DNA of 64,000 bases from Thermovibrio sp. Lineage in GTDB: Bacteria; Aquificota; Aquificia; Desulfurobacteriales; Desulfurobacteriaceae. The notes below the pieces were generated by a model. It had not been told where the DNA came from. It searched no databases and worked only from the letters and a program-made list of their open reading frames with translations. The position numbers and the translations under genes were made by a program. Below, piece after piece: positions 17,538 through 27,951 of this stretch; within the stretch, counting starts at the first letter, position 1, and every line of letters begins with the position of its first letter. Where the stretch lies: the NCBI GenBank assembly GCA_015490195.1, contig WFYG01000005.1, positions 1,478 through 65,477 of the forward strand, read 5' to 3'.

Positions 17538-19832
17538 ATGAACAGAATAACAGTCGTTAAAAGGAAGGGGAACAGGGAGCCTCTCAACATTGAGAAGATA
17601 AGGAAAGTTATCAGCTGGGCGGCTGAAGGGCTGAACGTCAACACGCTGAAACTTGAGGCCAAGCTCAAGCTCCACTTCTTTGACGGTATAACAACTCGCC
17701 AGATTCATGAGGCCGTTATAAACACTGCCCTTCAGCTTACAACACCGGAAGAACCCGACTGGAGAATACTTGCTGGAAGGCTCTTTATCTTCAACCTCTA
17801 CAAAGAAGTTTCAATCAGAAGGGGAACCAGTAAGCTGGCCTACGTTGGAGGGGGAAAGGAGTATTTGAGAGTTGTTAAAGATTTGGTTGAGAAGGGGCTC
17901 TACACTGAGGAGCTCCTTAAGAACTACACAGAGGAAGAACTTATAGAGGCCGGAGATTACTTAAAACTTGAGTACGATTTCCTCTACGACTACGCCGGTG
18001 CAAACCTCCTTGCAAAAAGGTACCTCTGCATCTACGAGGATTTTCCCATAGAGCTCCCACAGGAGATGTTCATGACCATCTCCCTCATGCTTGCAATAAA
18101 CGAGCCTAAAGAGAGAAGGTTAGAGATTGCCAAACACTTCTACGACCTTATAGCAGGAAAAAAACTCTCCCTTGCAACTCCTATACTTATCAACCTCCGC
18201 CGCCCCAACGGAAACCTCTCCTCCTGCTTCATAACAGCAATGGACGACAACCTTGACTCCATTATGTATACGGCCAACCAGGTTGCCCAGATATCAAAGA
18301 GGGCTGGCGGAGTGGGAGTAAATCTCTCCCGGATAAGAGCACAGGGTTCCTGGATTAAAAAGGTGTTCGGTGCAAGCGGCGGAATCGTTCCCTGGACGAA
18401 AATCCTTAACGACGTTGCCGTTGCGGTGAATCAGGAAGGGAAAAGGGCAGGAGCTGTTACCGTTGCTTTAGACGTGTGGCACTTAGATATCTACGACTTC
18501 TTAGAGCTGAAAACGGAGAACGGAGACCTGAGGCGTAAAGCTTTTGATATTTTCCCTCAGGTTGTTGTTCCAGACCTCTTTATGGAGAGGGTGAAGTTTG
18601 ACCAAGAGTGGCTCCTTGTAGATCCTTACGAGGTTGAGAGGAAGTTCGGCTACAAACTCTACGAACTCTGGGGAGAGGAGTTTGAGAAAGCCTACATGCA
18701 CATAGAGGCAGAGAGCGATAAACTGAAGCTGAAAAAGAAGGTAAGGGCGAAGGAGCTCCTTAAAGAAATTCTCAAAACACAGGTTGCAACCGGTCTACCC
18801 TACATCTTCTTTAAAGACACTGCAAACAGGCTCAATCCCTTAAAGCACGACGGCTACATAGGAAACGGAAACCTCTGTATGGAGAGCTTCTCAAACTTCA
18901 GGCCTTCCAAAGGCTTTAAAACCTATATGAAAGATGGAAAGATAGTTAGCGAGATAGAGGAACCCGGCCTTGTTCACACCTGCAACCTTCTCTCTATTAA
19001 CCTTGCAAATATTGAAAACGATGAGGAACTTGAAGAGGCCGTTAGGGCTGCAGTGAGAATTCTTGACAACACGATAGAGCTCACGGCTCCGCCCATTTTA
19101 GAGAGCAAACTCCACAACGACAGGTATAGAACAATCGGAATAGGGACTTTAGGACTTGCAGATTACCTGGCAAAGAGAGAAATACCCTACGGCAAGCAGT
19201 CTTTAGGCGTGATAGATGAACTCTACGAAAAAATTGCCTACTACGGGATAGACGAGAGTATAAACCTTGCAAAGGAGAGGGGAGTTTTCCCTGCCTACGA
19301 GGGTTCAGACTGGAGCAGGGGAGTGATAATTGGAAAAGACGCAGAGTTCCTTTCTGAGAAGACCCATTTAAAGGCGAAATGGTTAGAGCTCCTTTCAAAG
19401 CTCAAAAAGTACGGAATCAGAAACGGCCAGCTCTTTGCGATAGCTCCCAACACAAGCTCAGGGCTCCTTCAGGGGGCAACTCCAGGAGTCCTGCCGCCTT
19501 TCTCAAGGTTCTACATAGATAAAAACCAGAAGCAGGCGGTTCCCATCTGTCCTCCTTACATAAAGGAGAGGTTCTGGTTCTACAGGGAAAGCAAGTTTAT
19601 GGACCAGAAAGAGGTTATTGACGTAATTTCAACAATCCAGAAGTGGGTTGACAGCGGGATATCAATGGAGCTCCTTTTTAACCTCAACCTCGGAATCAGG
19701 GCAAAGGACATCTACGAAACCGTTATGTACGCCTGGGAAAAGGGGATAAAGACCATCTACTACGTAAGGACAGTTCAGAAAGACAGTCAGGGAGCTCTCA
19801 AGAAAGAGGAGTGTATCGCCTGTGCAAACTAA
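17538..19832 (+). CDS. nrdA: Class I ribonucleoside-diphosphate reductase alpha subunit
   Basis: It has an N-terminal ATP-cone (VVKRKGNREPLNIEKI), the NLSSCF and GNLCMES active-site Cys motifs, and a C-terminal CIACAN Cys pair. Confidence 0.9.
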   Translation: MNRITVVKRKGNREPLNIEKIRKVISWAAEGLNVNTLKLEAKLKLHFFDGITTRQIHEAVINTALQLTTPEEPDWRILAGRLFIFNLYKEVSIRRGTSKLAYVGGGKEYLRVVKDLVEKGLYTEELLKNYTEEELIEAGDYLKLEYDFLYDYAGANLLAKRYLCIYEDFPIELPQEMFMTISLMLAINEPKERRLEIAKHFYDLIAGKKLSLATPILINLRRPNGNLSSCFITAMDDNLDSIMYTANQVAQISKRAGGVGVNLSRIRAQGSWIKKVFGASGGIVPWTKILNDVAVAVNQEGKRAGAVTVALDVWHLDIYDFLELKTENGDLRRKAFDIFPQVVVPDLFMERVKFDQEWLLVDPYEVERKFGYKLYELWGEEFEKAYMHIEAESDKLKLKKKVRAKELLKEILKTQVATGLPYIFFKDTANRLNPLKHDGYIGNGNLCMESFSNFRPSKGFKTYMKDGKIVSEIEEPGLVHTCNLLSINLANIENDEELEEAVRAAVRILDNTIELTAPPILESKLHNDRYRTIGIGTLGLADYLAKREIPYGKQSLGVIDELYEKIAYYGIDESINLAKERGVFPAYEGSDWSRGVIIGKDAEFLSEKTHLKAKWLELLSKLKKYGIRNGQLFAIAPNTSSGLLQGATPGVLPPFSRFYIDKNQKQAVPICPPYIKERFWFYRESKFMDQKEVIDVISTIQKWVDSGISMELLFNLNLGIRAKDIYETVMYAWEKGIKTIYYVRTVQKDSQGALKKEECIACAN

Positions 19833-20067
19833 CAGAGATAGAATCAGAGAAGAGATTAAGTTCTACGCAGAAATGCTTAAATTACTCTCTGTCTTTATTC
19901 TTGCTCTCTCTGGAGGTATTGTGGGCCTCTTTTTGAGGCTCACTTCTTCTGGATTTAATCCATCCATCGTGGTTTTTCTCTCTGTAGGAATTATCCTTGA
20001 GGTAGGATTTGTCATTCTCTTTGTTCTGACTTTTAATTTCGTTCGGAAACTTCTGAAGAATCTATAA
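19822..20067 (+). CDS. Small two-TM membrane protein, paralogous to 33388..33612
   Basis: A GTG start overlaps the nrdA stop by 11 nt. REEIKFYAEMLKLLSVFILALSGGIVGL aligns with [29 protein letters not shown] at the second locus. Confidence 0.5.
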   Translation: MQTNRDRIREEIKFYAEMLKLLSVFILALSGGIVGLFLRLTSSGFNPSIVVFLSVGIILEVGFVILFVLTFNFVRKLLKNL

Positions 20068-20165
20068 AATTTATTCTCTTGATTGGGGAATTTCTATTTT
20101 TATTTCTAAACTTCCTTAATCCTCCCGATTGATACAATACTTTTGCTACCTGATTGGGAGGATAG

Positions 20166-20285
20166 ATGGAAACCTTTATAGCTTTAGTAGTGGCACTCAT
20201 TCTGGCGGTTTCACTCTTTTACCTTTTCCTGTCTGTCTATAAGGGACTGCGCGAGGATCTAAAAGAAATAGAGAAGAAACATTAG
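20166..20285 (+). CDS. Putative 39-aa single-TM peptide (METFIALVVALILAVSLFYLFLSVYKGLREDLKEIEKKH)
   Basis: The ATG is preceded by GGGAGGATAG. It has one TM helix and a charged tail, and is below the ORF-track cutoff. Confidence 0.35.
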   Translation: METFIALVVALILAVSLFYLFLSVYKGLREDLKEIEKKH

Positions 20286-20297
20286 AGGGAGGACACG

Positions 20298-21356
20298 TTG
20301 GCCGACTTGAAAAAAGAGCTTATGAAACCGAGGCCGATTTTTAATCCCGAGGGGAACGACGACCCCGCAAAGAGAGGAATTCTTCACGGAGACACAACAA
20401 ACATATTTAACCTGAACGTTATTAAGTATGAATGGGCTCCAAAGCTCTACCGGGTTATGATGGCCAACTTCTGGATCCCTGAAACCGTTGACCTTACCCA
20501 GGACGTTCAAGACTATAAGGAGCTCACAGACGACGAAAGGCAGGCCTACGACGAGATACTTTCATTCCTTGTCTTCCTTGACTCCATTCAGACAACAAAC
20601 ATTCCAAATATAGCAGCCTACGTAAAGGCTCCTGAGATAACCATTGACCTGTCAATCCACGCCTATCAGGAAGCCATCCACTCACAGAGCTACGGCTACA
20701 CAATTGAGTCTGTTGTTCCAGCAGAGAAGAGGGAAGAGGTCTACTACTGGTGGAAGAAAGACCCGATTCTCTTTGAGAGGAACAAGTACATTGCAGACAT
20801 CTACCAGAAGTTCCTTGAAGAGCCCACGATGGAAAACTACGGAGAGGTTCTCATTGGGAACTACCTTTTAGAGGGTCTCTACTTCTACAACGGTTTTATG
20901 TTCTTCTACAACCTTGCCTCAAGGAACCTGATGCAGGGAACAGCAGACATAATCAGGTACATAAACAGGGACGAGCTTACCCACGTTATTCTCTTTGAGC
21001 ACTTTATGAAGGATTTAACGGACGAAGGGTTCAAAAAGTACCTAACTAAGGACAAGATCTACGAGATGTTCAGAATCGCAGTTGACCAGGAGCAGAGGTT
21101 CAGCAAGAAGGTTATAGGGAATAAGATCCTTGGAATGAATGAGAAGTCAATTGAGGACTATACCTACTATATAGCAAATAAAAGGCTTAAGTCTTTAGGT
21201 TTAGAGCCCATATTCCCCGATAGGCCGAACCCATATGAGCACCTTGAGAGGATTGCAGATACTGGCGGAGAGGGGAACGTTAAGGCAAACTTCTTTGAGG
21301 CAACCGTTACGAGTTATAACCAGGCAAGTGCTGTTGAAGGGTGGGACGAGATTTAG
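20298..21356 (+). CDS. nrdB: Class I ribonucleoside-diphosphate reductase beta subunit
   Basis: The di-iron ligand motifs are present (EAIHSQSYGY, the FLVFLDSIQ region, DELTHV). The start is TTG after a GAGGGAGG SD. Confidence 0.9.
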   Translation: MADLKKELMKPRPIFNPEGNDDPAKRGILHGDTTNIFNLNVIKYEWAPKLYRVMMANFWIPETVDLTQDVQDYKELTDDERQAYDEILSFLVFLDSIQTTNIPNIAAYVKAPEITIDLSIHAYQEAIHSQSYGYTIESVVPAEKREEVYYWWKKDPILFERNKYIADIYQKFLEEPTMENYGEVLIGNYLLEGLYFYNGFMFFYNLASRNLMQGTADIIRYINRDELTHVILFEHFMKDLTDEGFKKYLTKDKIYEMFRIAVDQEQRFSKKVIGNKILGMNEKSIEDYTYYIANKRLKSLGLEPIFPDRPNPYEHLERIADTGGEGNVKANFFEATVTSYNQASAVEGWDEI

Positions 21357-22441
21357 TCTGTGGAGAGCTCCTCTGGAGAGGGGAGCTCCACCTTCACCTC
21401 TCTTTTTTTCTCTCTCTTTCTCTTCTGTTTGTTCATGTACATTCTTCTGTCTGCTATGTCTATCGCCTCTTTCGCATCAACTGTATCTTCAGGGATTTCT
21501 GCCACTCCAAAACTTAAGGAAAGATTGTAGTCTCTAAGTTCTTCCTCCACCTGAACTCTTAGTTTTTCAAGTCTTCTCTTGAGGTTTTCACAGTCCGTAT
21601 TAAGAGATATTACTAAAAACTCGTCTCCCCCCAATCGTGCCACAACGTCTTCTTTTCTGAAGAATGCGTGGAGAATTGTTGAAACTTTTCTGAGGACATT
21701 GTCTCCAGTTGAGTGGCCGTAGGTGTCGTTTACCACTTTGAAGTTGTCAAGGTCAATGTATGTAACGCATAATTTTTTGTTGGATCTATTTTCCGGCTCT
21801 CTCTTTATCTCTTCAGTCTGTTGCTCCAGGAACGAAAGGGCAAACGCTCTGTTAAACAGTCCTGTTAGTGGGTCTTTTACCGATAAGTTGTATATTTCGT
21901 AGGTGACATCGTTGGCAGATTTAGAGAGGAAGTAGCTTAGTATAACTATTATCAGGTAGCCAAAGAACAGTTCAAACAGAGAAACCTCACTCTGTAAAAG
22001 TTGGAGTCTGGTAATGTGGGGGATAGGTAGACTCTCTTTCAGTAGTAGTACCGTTGATATTACAGCAATTATGGGAATATTCCATATTATTACTGCTCTA
22101 TAGTCTATCACGAAGGCGGCTATCAGAGGGTATGAGAAGAGTATGAGCAGCGTTTTGGCGTTTATTCCGTTTATTATTAAAAAGAGAATTGCAAGGGCTC
22201 CAGTTATCAGGAGAAAAACTTTTATGTGTACACTCTTTTTTGAAAAGAAAAACAGGACTAAGTTAACCAAAATTAGCAGAGTTGCAGTTGTTTCAATGTA
22301 AATTATTTTAGTGTTAATTCTGTGAAGTATCAGATGCATGGCAATATCTGAAACGAAGAAGGAGGAGAAGAGCAGAGAAAATACGGTGAAGGCCTTAGTT
22401 TTAAACTTTAAATTACTATCCCTTATGAGTTCTCTTTTCAC
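21353..22441 (-). CDS. Membrane-bound diguanylate cyclase (GGDEF domain)
   Basis: About 6 predicted N-terminal TM helices are followed by DPLTGLFNR...IDLDNFKVVNDTYGH...RLGGDEFLV. Confidence 0.85.
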   Translation of the reverse strand: MKRELIRDSNLKFKTKAFTVFSLLFSSFFVSDIAMHLILHRINTKIIYIETTATLLILVNLVLFFFSKKSVHIKVFLLITGALAILFLIINGINAKTLLILFSYPLIAAFVIDYRAVIIWNIPIIAVISTVLLLKESLPIPHITRLQLLQSEVSLFELFFGYLIIVILSYFLSKSANDVTYEIYNLSVKDPLTGLFNRAFALSFLEQQTEEIKREPENRSNKKLCVTYIDLDNFKVVNDTYGHSTGDNVLRKVSTILHAFFRKEDVVARLGGDEFLVISLNTDCENLKRRLEKLRVQVEEELRDYNLSLSFGVAEIPEDTVDAKEAIDIADRRMYMNKQKRKREKKREVKVELPSPEELSTD

Positions 22442-22461
22442 GGTGAGTTCCTCTGCAGACT

Positions 22462-23388
22462 TTACAGCTTTTCTACTTTAACCTGGGATAGTAGCTTCTC
22501 AACTCTTTCTGGTTGACAGAGTTTCGTTCCTTCCTCCATAACCGTTGCTGTTCCACACGCTACACCGAACCTGACAGCCTCAACTTCATTTTTTCCAGAG
22601 TAGATGGCGTAGGCAAATCCTCCAACGAGAGAATCCCCCGCTCCTACAGTATTTTTAACGGTAACTTTTGGAGGTACTATTCTGTACGTTCCTTCGCTGC
22701 AGACACATATGGCTCCGTACTCTCCAAGGGATACTATTACGACTTCCACTCCAGAGTCTTTAACTTTTCTGGCAGCTTCTACCACTTCGTTTAATCCAAA
22801 CAGAGGATGTCCAACGAGTCTTTCCAGCTCGTACTTGTTCGGTTTTATGGCGTACGGTTTTTTCTCTACTGCTTTCTGCAGGAGCTCCCCGTCGGCATCA
22901 ACAATTGTTCGGGTTTTCGTCCCGTTAAAGTTCTCTACTATTTCGCCGTAAAAAGTTTCCCTCAGCCCCGGAGGGACGCTGCCTCCAAGGATAAGCACAG
23001 ACGGCTCATAACTCTTACAGACGGCTTTTTTCAGTTTTTCAAGCTCTTCTTCTGATAGAGGAGCTCCCTTTGCGGCAATTAAGATGTGTTTCCCCTTTGC
23101 CTTCTGTTCAAGGATTGTGTTTACTCTTGTTTCTCCAGAAATTTCCACTATTATCTGGGAAACTCCTTCCCTCTCAAGGAGTTCTTTTACGCACCTTCCT
23201 GTACATCCCCCCAGGGGAAGGGCGAGATAAGAGTCTTCACAGAACCTTGCTATTACCCTTGCTGCGTTTACTCCTTTTCCCCCTGCTGAAAGAAAGGGAT
23301 TTTCCACTCTGTTTGTGTCGTCTTCCTTCAGAGCTCCGGTGTAGTAATAGACGTCAAGGGATGGGTTCGGACAGAAAGAGAGAATCAT
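22462..23388 (-). CDS. PfkB-family sugar kinase (1-phosphofructokinase / tagatose-6-phosphate kinase type)
   Basis: AGGKGVNAARV and the C-terminal NTVGAGDSLVGGF are the PfkB signature motifs. Confidence 0.8.
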   Translation of the reverse strand: MILSFCPNPSLDVYYYTGALKEDDTNRVENPFLSAGGKGVNAARVIARFCEDSYLALPLGGCTGRCVKELLEREGVSQIIVEISGETRVNTILEQKAKGKHILIAAKGAPLSEEELEKLKKAVCKSYEPSVLILGGSVPPGLRETFYGEIVENFNGTKTRTIVDADGELLQKAVEKKPYAIKPNKYELERLVGHPLFGLNEVVEAARKVKDSGVEVVIVSLGEYGAICVCSEGTYRIVPPKVTVKNTVGAGDSLVGGFAYAIYSGKNEVEAVRFGVACGTATVMEEGTKLCQPERVEKLLSQVKVEKL

Positions 23389-23406
23389 CTTATTCTCCTA
23401 AATCAG

Positions 23407-23724
23407 TTACTTTTTAAATAGAGCCTTAACTTTCGGCCATAGAACCTCCCATTCTGCATATGCTGCTTCAATTACTCCCATAACAGGGTCTTCTTCAGAC
23501 CAGTTTTCAGGCGAGTAAGACTCAATCAGTTCCTGAAGGAACTCTTTAAGAGCTTCCTTAAAGGCTCTTTCAGAGTGTCTCTCTCTGACTTCTGATATCG
23601 TTTTAGAGAGGGCCTCCTCCCTGCTGAGGCCCTCGTTTATGTACCTGTTATAAGTCTCTCTTAGATCTCTCTTTGCCTTTTCCAACTCTACATCTCTCTC
23701 TTGACCTTTTCTATAGTATAGCAC
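23407..23724 (-). CDS. Hypothetical helical protein
   Basis: This 105-aa ORF has a start that overlaps the infB 3' end by 37 nt. I recognise no motif. Confidence 0.35.
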   Translation of the reverse strand: MLYYRKGQERDVELEKAKRDLRETYNRYINEGLSREEALSKTISEVRERHSERAFKEALKEFLQELIESYSPENWSEEDPVMGVIEAAYAEWEVLWPKVKALFKK

Positions 23725-26357
23725 TCTATAATATCGCCGACCTTGATGTCATTAAAGTTCTCAAGTCCGACTCCACATTCGTAACCGGCTTGAACCTCTT
23801 TAACGTCGTCTTTAAACCTCTTGAGTGAGGCGATTTTGCCGTCGTAGATTACGACCCCGTCCCTTACCAGTCTTACGTTTGCGTTTCTTCTTATCACTCC
23901 GTCCCTTACGTAACACCCTGCAACAGTTCCAACCTTTGGAACTTTAAAGGTTGCACGGACTTCAGCTGAACCGAGGTAGACCTCTTTCTCCTCAGGCTCT
24001 AAAAGGCCTTCCATGGCCTTCTTTATCTCGTCAACGATGTCGTAGATGACCCTGTATGTCCTTACGTCAACTTTTTCTCTCTCTGCCGCCTTGCGGGCTG
24101 CCGAATCTGGGCGAACGTTAAAGCCGATAACAATTGCGTTTGAAGCAGCTGCAAGCATTACGTCGTTCTCTGTTATGGGGCCAACGCCTGCGTGGATTAC
24201 GTTTACTTTAACCTCGTCTGTGGAGAGTTCTTCTAAAGATTTCCTTATTGCCTCTATGGAACCTTGAGCGTCTGCCTTGAGAACAACGTTGAGCTCTTTA
24301 ACTTCACCTGCCTGCATCTGGCTGAAGAGTTCCTCAAGGCTGACTCTCTTTTCTTTTTCAAGGGCAGACTGCCTTGCAAGCTCCTGCCTCTTTGCTGCTA
24401 TTTCCCTTGCCTTCTCTAAAGATTCAACAACGTAGAACTTGTCTCCGGCAAGAGGAACGTCTTCAAGGCCCAAGATTTCTACAGGCGTTGCAGGGCCTGC
24501 TTCTTTAACAGGCCTTCCCTTATCGTCAAACATGGCCCTTATCTTTCCTGCATAAAGTCCGGCAACTATTGCATCTCCAACTTTTAGTGTTCCGTTCTGG
24601 ACTAAAAGCGTTGCAACAGGGCCTCTCTTCTTGTCCAGCTTGGCCTCTAATACGACTCCTCTTGCAAGCTTGTTGGGGTTGGCTTTAAGCTCCATTATGT
24701 CTGCCTGGAGGGCTATCATCTCAAGGAGCTCGTCAACTCCCTCTCCCGTTTTAGCAGATACCGGAACCATTACTGTATCGCCACCCCAGTCTTCGGGGAT
24801 GAGGCCGTGCTGTGTCAGTTCCTGCTTAACCCTTTCAGGGTTGGCTCCCGGTTTGTCTATTTTGTTTATTGCAACGATTATAGGAACTCCTGCAGCCTTT
24901 GCGTGGTTAATGGCTTCAACTGTTTGTGGCATAACGCCGTCGTCTGCTGCAACAACAAGAACTGCTATGTCTGTTACCTGAGCTCCCCTTGCCCTCATTG
25001 CCGTAAAGGCTTCGTGGCCGGGTGTATCAAGGAATACCAGTTTTTTCTTCCCTTCGCTGGTTTCGGCTTCAACTACTGAAGCTCCGATGTGCTGCGTAAT
25101 TCCTCCGGCCTCTCTCTCTGCAACTTTTGTGTTCCTTATGTAGTCAAGGAGTGTTGTTTTACCGTGGTCTACATGTCCCATAACTGTGATAACCGGAGGC
25201 CTTGGTAGGAGGTCTTCTTCTCTGTCCGGAGTTTCCTCAAGCTCCGCCTCAAGTGCTGCCTCTTCTTCTTCAGCTCCTTCAAGCTTAACCACTTTGCCGT
25301 ATTTTTCAGCAACCTTCTGTGCCGTTTCAAAGTCTATCGGCTGGTTGATTGCGACGAACTTTCCAAGGGTTATTAAGTCCTGAAGGAGCTGGTTGGGTTC
25401 AATTCCAAGCTTCTCTGCAAACTCACGGACGGAGATAACTTCTGGAATGACAACGGTTTTAGCTCTCTCCTCTTCTTCAATAAGTCTCTGGAGCTGCTCC
25501 TCTTCAGAGAGCTCCTCAAAGGGCACCTCTTCAACAACTTGTTCTTTCTTTTTCTTTTTCTTCTTTTTCTTCTTGGCCCTGTTCTTCTCCTCAATTCTCC
25601 TCATGAGCTCTTCAAACTTTTTCTGATCCTCAAGCTCTTTCTGTTCCCTCTTCTTCTGGGCAAGTATCTCCTCTTGAGTCCTCGGCTTCTCTTTTTCCTT
25701 TTCACGGGCCTCTTTTGTTGATGCTACTAACTTCTCAAGCTGCTCCCTTGTAACCTTTTCATCAACAGGTTTTCCGACAGGTTTCCTTTGAGGTCTTTCG
25801 TGGCGTTTCCTTTCTTTCTGCTGGCGGGGAGCTCTCTCTCTCCTCTCCCTGGGCTGGCGCCTCTCTCCTTCTTCTCTCCTTGGCCTTCTACGGCGTCTCC
25901 TCTTTGCAAGCTCTTCTGGAGAGAGAATTCTTACCTCAGAACTTTTCTTAGGTCTCTCTTCTCTCTTCTCTTCTACTGGCTTCTCTACTTTTTCTTCTGG
26001 TTTTTTCTCCTCTTTAGCTTCAACGGTTTCCTTCTTCTCAACTGTATCTTTTGGAACCTTTATCTCTTCCTTCTGTTCCTCTTTTGGTTGAGTCTCAACA
26101 GCCTCAACCGGGAGCTCCTCTTTGACAGCCTTTCCCTCAACGGGAGGAGCTTGTACTTCTGGTGTAATTTCTTTTTTCTCCTCTTTCTTAACGGTAACAG
26201 GCTCAATAAACTCCCTTATGAGTTTTACCTGTCTCTCGTCAAGGCTTGACTGAGCGCTCTTAACGTTTATGTCAAGCTCGGTTTTCAGTTTCTCTATGAG
26301 CTCTTTTGAGGACATTCCGAGCTCCTTTGCAAGCTGGTGAACCCTTACCTTTGCCAA
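23688..26357 (-). CDS. infB: Translation initiation factor IF-2
   Basis: [14 protein letters not shown] is followed by a long K/E/R-rich linker, the GTPase motifs [12 protein letters not shown] / DTPGH / NKID, and a C-terminal EC..I domain. Confidence 0.95.
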   Translation of the reverse strand: MAKVRVHQLAKELGMSSKELIEKLKTELDINVKSAQSSLDERQVKLIREFIEPVTVKKEEKKEITPEVQAPPVEGKAVKEELPVEAVETQPKEEQKEEIKVPKDTVEKKETVEAKEEKKPEEKVEKPVEEKREERPKKSSEVRILSPEELAKRRRRRRPRREEGERRQPRERRERAPRQQKERKRHERPQRKPVGKPVDEKVTREQLEKLVASTKEAREKEKEKPRTQEEILAQKKREQKELEDQKKFEELMRRIEEKNRAKKKKKKKKKKEQVVEEVPFEELSEEEQLQRLIEEEERAKTVVIPEVISVREFAEKLGIEPNQLLQDLITLGKFVAINQPIDFETAQKVAEKYGKVVKLEGAEEEEAALEAELEETPDREEDLLPRPPVITVMGHVDHGKTTLLDYIRNTKVAEREAGGITQHIGASVVEAETSEGKKKLVFLDTPGHEAFTAMRARGAQVTDIAVLVVAADDGVMPQTVEAINHAKAAGVPIIVAINKIDKPGANPERVKQELTQHGLIPEDWGGDTVMVPVSAKTGEGVDELLEMIALQADIMELKANPNKLARGVVLEAKLDKKRGPVATLLVQNGTLKVGDAIVAGLYAGKIRAMFDDKGRPVKEAGPATPVEILGLEDVPLAGDKFYVVESLEKAREIAAKRQELARQSALEKEKRVSLEELFSQMQAGEVKELNVVLKADAQGSIEAIRKSLEELSTDEVKVNVIHAGVGPITENDVMLAAASNAIVIGFNVRPDSAARKAAEREKVDVRTYRVIYDIVDEIKKAMEGLLEPEEKEVYLGSAEVRATFKVPKVGTVAGCYVRDGVIRRNANVRLVRDGVVIYDGKIASLKRFKDDVKEVQAGYECGVGLENFNDIKVGDIIECYTIEKVKREM

Positions 26358-26420
26358 AACGAAACCTCCTGAAACGGTTAAGCCTTAATATAGACGGCTG
26401 GCAAATTATAGCAACAAGGT

Positions 26421-26771
26421 TTAAAAAGCGTTTTCTACGTGTTCCTCTACCCGGCCGTCAACCACTGAAATTGCGTCAAACCTGACCGATGAGTAGTTAA
26501 CTGTGATTTCAGATAAAAATTGAAGTGCCGTCTTTTTTATTCTCTCTATCTTTAATGGAGTGATTGACTCAAGTGGAGAACTCAGTGAATTTGCCTTTCT
26601 GTGTTTAACCTCAACAAACACAAGTGTCTCTGTGGAAGGGTCGTAGGCGATTATGTCAACCTCTCCGAAGGAGCTCCTGTAGTTTCTCCTTATAATAGAG
26701 TAGCCTCTCCTCAACAGATAACGGGAAGCTATTTCTTCCCCTTCCTTCCCTTTCTCTTGAGACCTTCCCAA
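26421..26771 (-). CDS. yraN: YraN-family (UPF0102) endonuclease-like protein
   Basis: [30 protein letters not shown]....LVFVEVKHR is the PD-(D/E)xK pattern of the YraN family. Confidence 0.75.
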   Translation of the reverse strand: MGRSQEKGKEGEEIASRYLLRRGYSIIRRNYRSSFGEVDIIAYDPSTETLVFVEVKHRKANSLSSPLESITPLKIERIKKTALQFLSEITVNYSSVRFDAISVVDGRVEEHVENAF

Positions 26772-27360
26772 AACTCCTCCTGTGTATCGGTGTTATTCCG
26801 AGCTCTTTTATCGCCTTTACGTGTGCCTTTGTAGGGTATCCCTTGTGCCTTTCAAAACTGTAGCCGGGAAAAATTCTCGCAAGCTCCTCCATTATGTAGT
26901 CCCTCGTTACCTTTGCAACAACGCTTGCACATGCGCAGGAGAAACTTCTCTCGTCTCCCTTTGGAATTGCCAAAATTCTACCTGCAAACTCCGGAATTTT
27001 CAGGTAGTCCGTTATGAAAAAATCAGGTTCAACTGAGAGTTCCTCTACTGCCCTCTTTGCCGCCAGAATGGTTGCTCTGTAGATGTTTATCTCGTCTATT
27101 TCTGTTGAATCTGCAAATCCTACGCCAACGGAAATTGCGCTTTCAAAGATTCTGTAGAAAAGCTCTCTCCTCTCCCTCTCTTTTAACTTTTTAGAATCTT
27201 TAAATAAAAAAGGATTGACGTTCTGCGGGAAGACAACGGCTGCTGCCACAACCGGCCCTGCTAAGGGACCTCTTCCCGCCTCGTCAATCCCTGCAACGAG
27301 TTTGTATCCTTTTTTCCAGAGGCTTTTCTCTATTGAGAGGATTACTTTTTGGTCATCCAC
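26656..27360 (-). CDS. rnhB: Ribonuclease HII
   Basis: [20 protein letters not shown] and HRRSF are RNase HII motifs. The ORF continues about 40 aa beyond the usual end and overlaps yraN. Confidence 0.88.
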   Translation of the reverse strand: MDDQKVILSIEKSLWKKGYKLVAGIDEAGRGPLAGPVVAAAVVFPQNVNPFLFKDSKKLKERERRELFYRIFESAISVGVGFADSTEIDEINIYRATILAAKRAVEELSVEPDFFITDYLKIPEFAGRILAIPKGDERSFSCACASVVAKVTRDYIMEELARIFPGYSFERHKGYPTKAHVKAIKELGITPIHRRSFGKVSREREGRGRNSFPLSVEERLLYYKEKLQELLRRG

Positions 27361-27713
27361 TCCTTCTTCTCTTTAATGCGGGCAGCTTTACCTCTTCTCT
27401 CTCTTAGGTAGTAGAGCCTTGCCCTTCTTACGATACCTCTCTTGAGAACTTCTATCTTCTCAACAACCGGAGCGTAAAGAGGGAATGTTCTCTCTATTCC
27501 TACTCCGTAGGATACCTTCCTGACAGTAAATGTAGCGTCTGTTCCAGAGCCTCTCTTCCTTATCACAACTCCTTCAAAGGCCTGGATCCTCTCCTTGTCA
27601 CCCTCTTTAATCTTTACGTGAACCCTTACTGTGTCCCCAACCCTGAAATCGGGTATCTCTTTTTGAGTATATTTCTCCTGAACTGCTCTCATGAGTTCGT
27701 CAAGCCCAGCCAT
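27342..27713 (-). CDS. rplS: 50S ribosomal protein L19
   Basis: [32 protein letters not shown]...[10 protein letters not shown] matches L19. Confidence 0.93.
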   Translation of the reverse strand: MAGLDELMRAVQEKYTQKEIPDFRVGDTVRVHVKIKEGDKERIQAFEGVVIRKRGSGTDATFTVRKVSYGVGIERTFPLYAPVVEKIEVLKRGIVRRARLYYLRERRGKAARIKEKKEWMTKK

Positions 27714-27790
27714 AGTGAAACCTCCGCCTAATGCCGATTTGTGCGGCGTGATTTTATAGGAAGTTTTTAAAAAGTCAAGGAATAAAAAAA

Positions 27791-27867
27791 TGGTGCGCCC
27801 GGCAGGATTCGAACCTGCGACCTCGAGATTAGGAATCTCGCGCTCTATCCTACTGAGCTACGGGCGC
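27791..27867 (-). tRNA. tRNA-Arg (anticodon CCT)
   Basis: The reverse strand reads GCGCCCGTAGCTCAGTAGGATAGAGC..CGAGA-TTCCTAA-TCTCG..GGTTCGAATCC..GGGCGCACCA. Confidence 0.9.
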
Positions 27868-27951
27868 ACGGCAGTAGGTAAAATAGGCCGTGCAATTAGA
27901 AGTGTCAACGCTGTTTTTGATAATTTACCAAATTTGAGCTGGAGGCTTTGG

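Noticed and set aside
25186-26249. Several plus-strand ORFs inside infB, rich in Ser/Phe/Leu
   Set aside because: They are antisense reads of the K/E/R-rich low-complexity linker of IF-2, a compositional artefact. The (Lys)10 run itself is encoded by mixed AAG/AAA codons. I saw no reason to call it a programmed slippery site.
27790-27951. N-terminal 54-codon extension of aroC in the ORF track
   Set aside because: The extension reads through the antisense of tRNA-Arg (GFEPATS...). The conserved AroC N-terminus [12 protein letters not shown] starts at 27952 behind a GGAGG SD.
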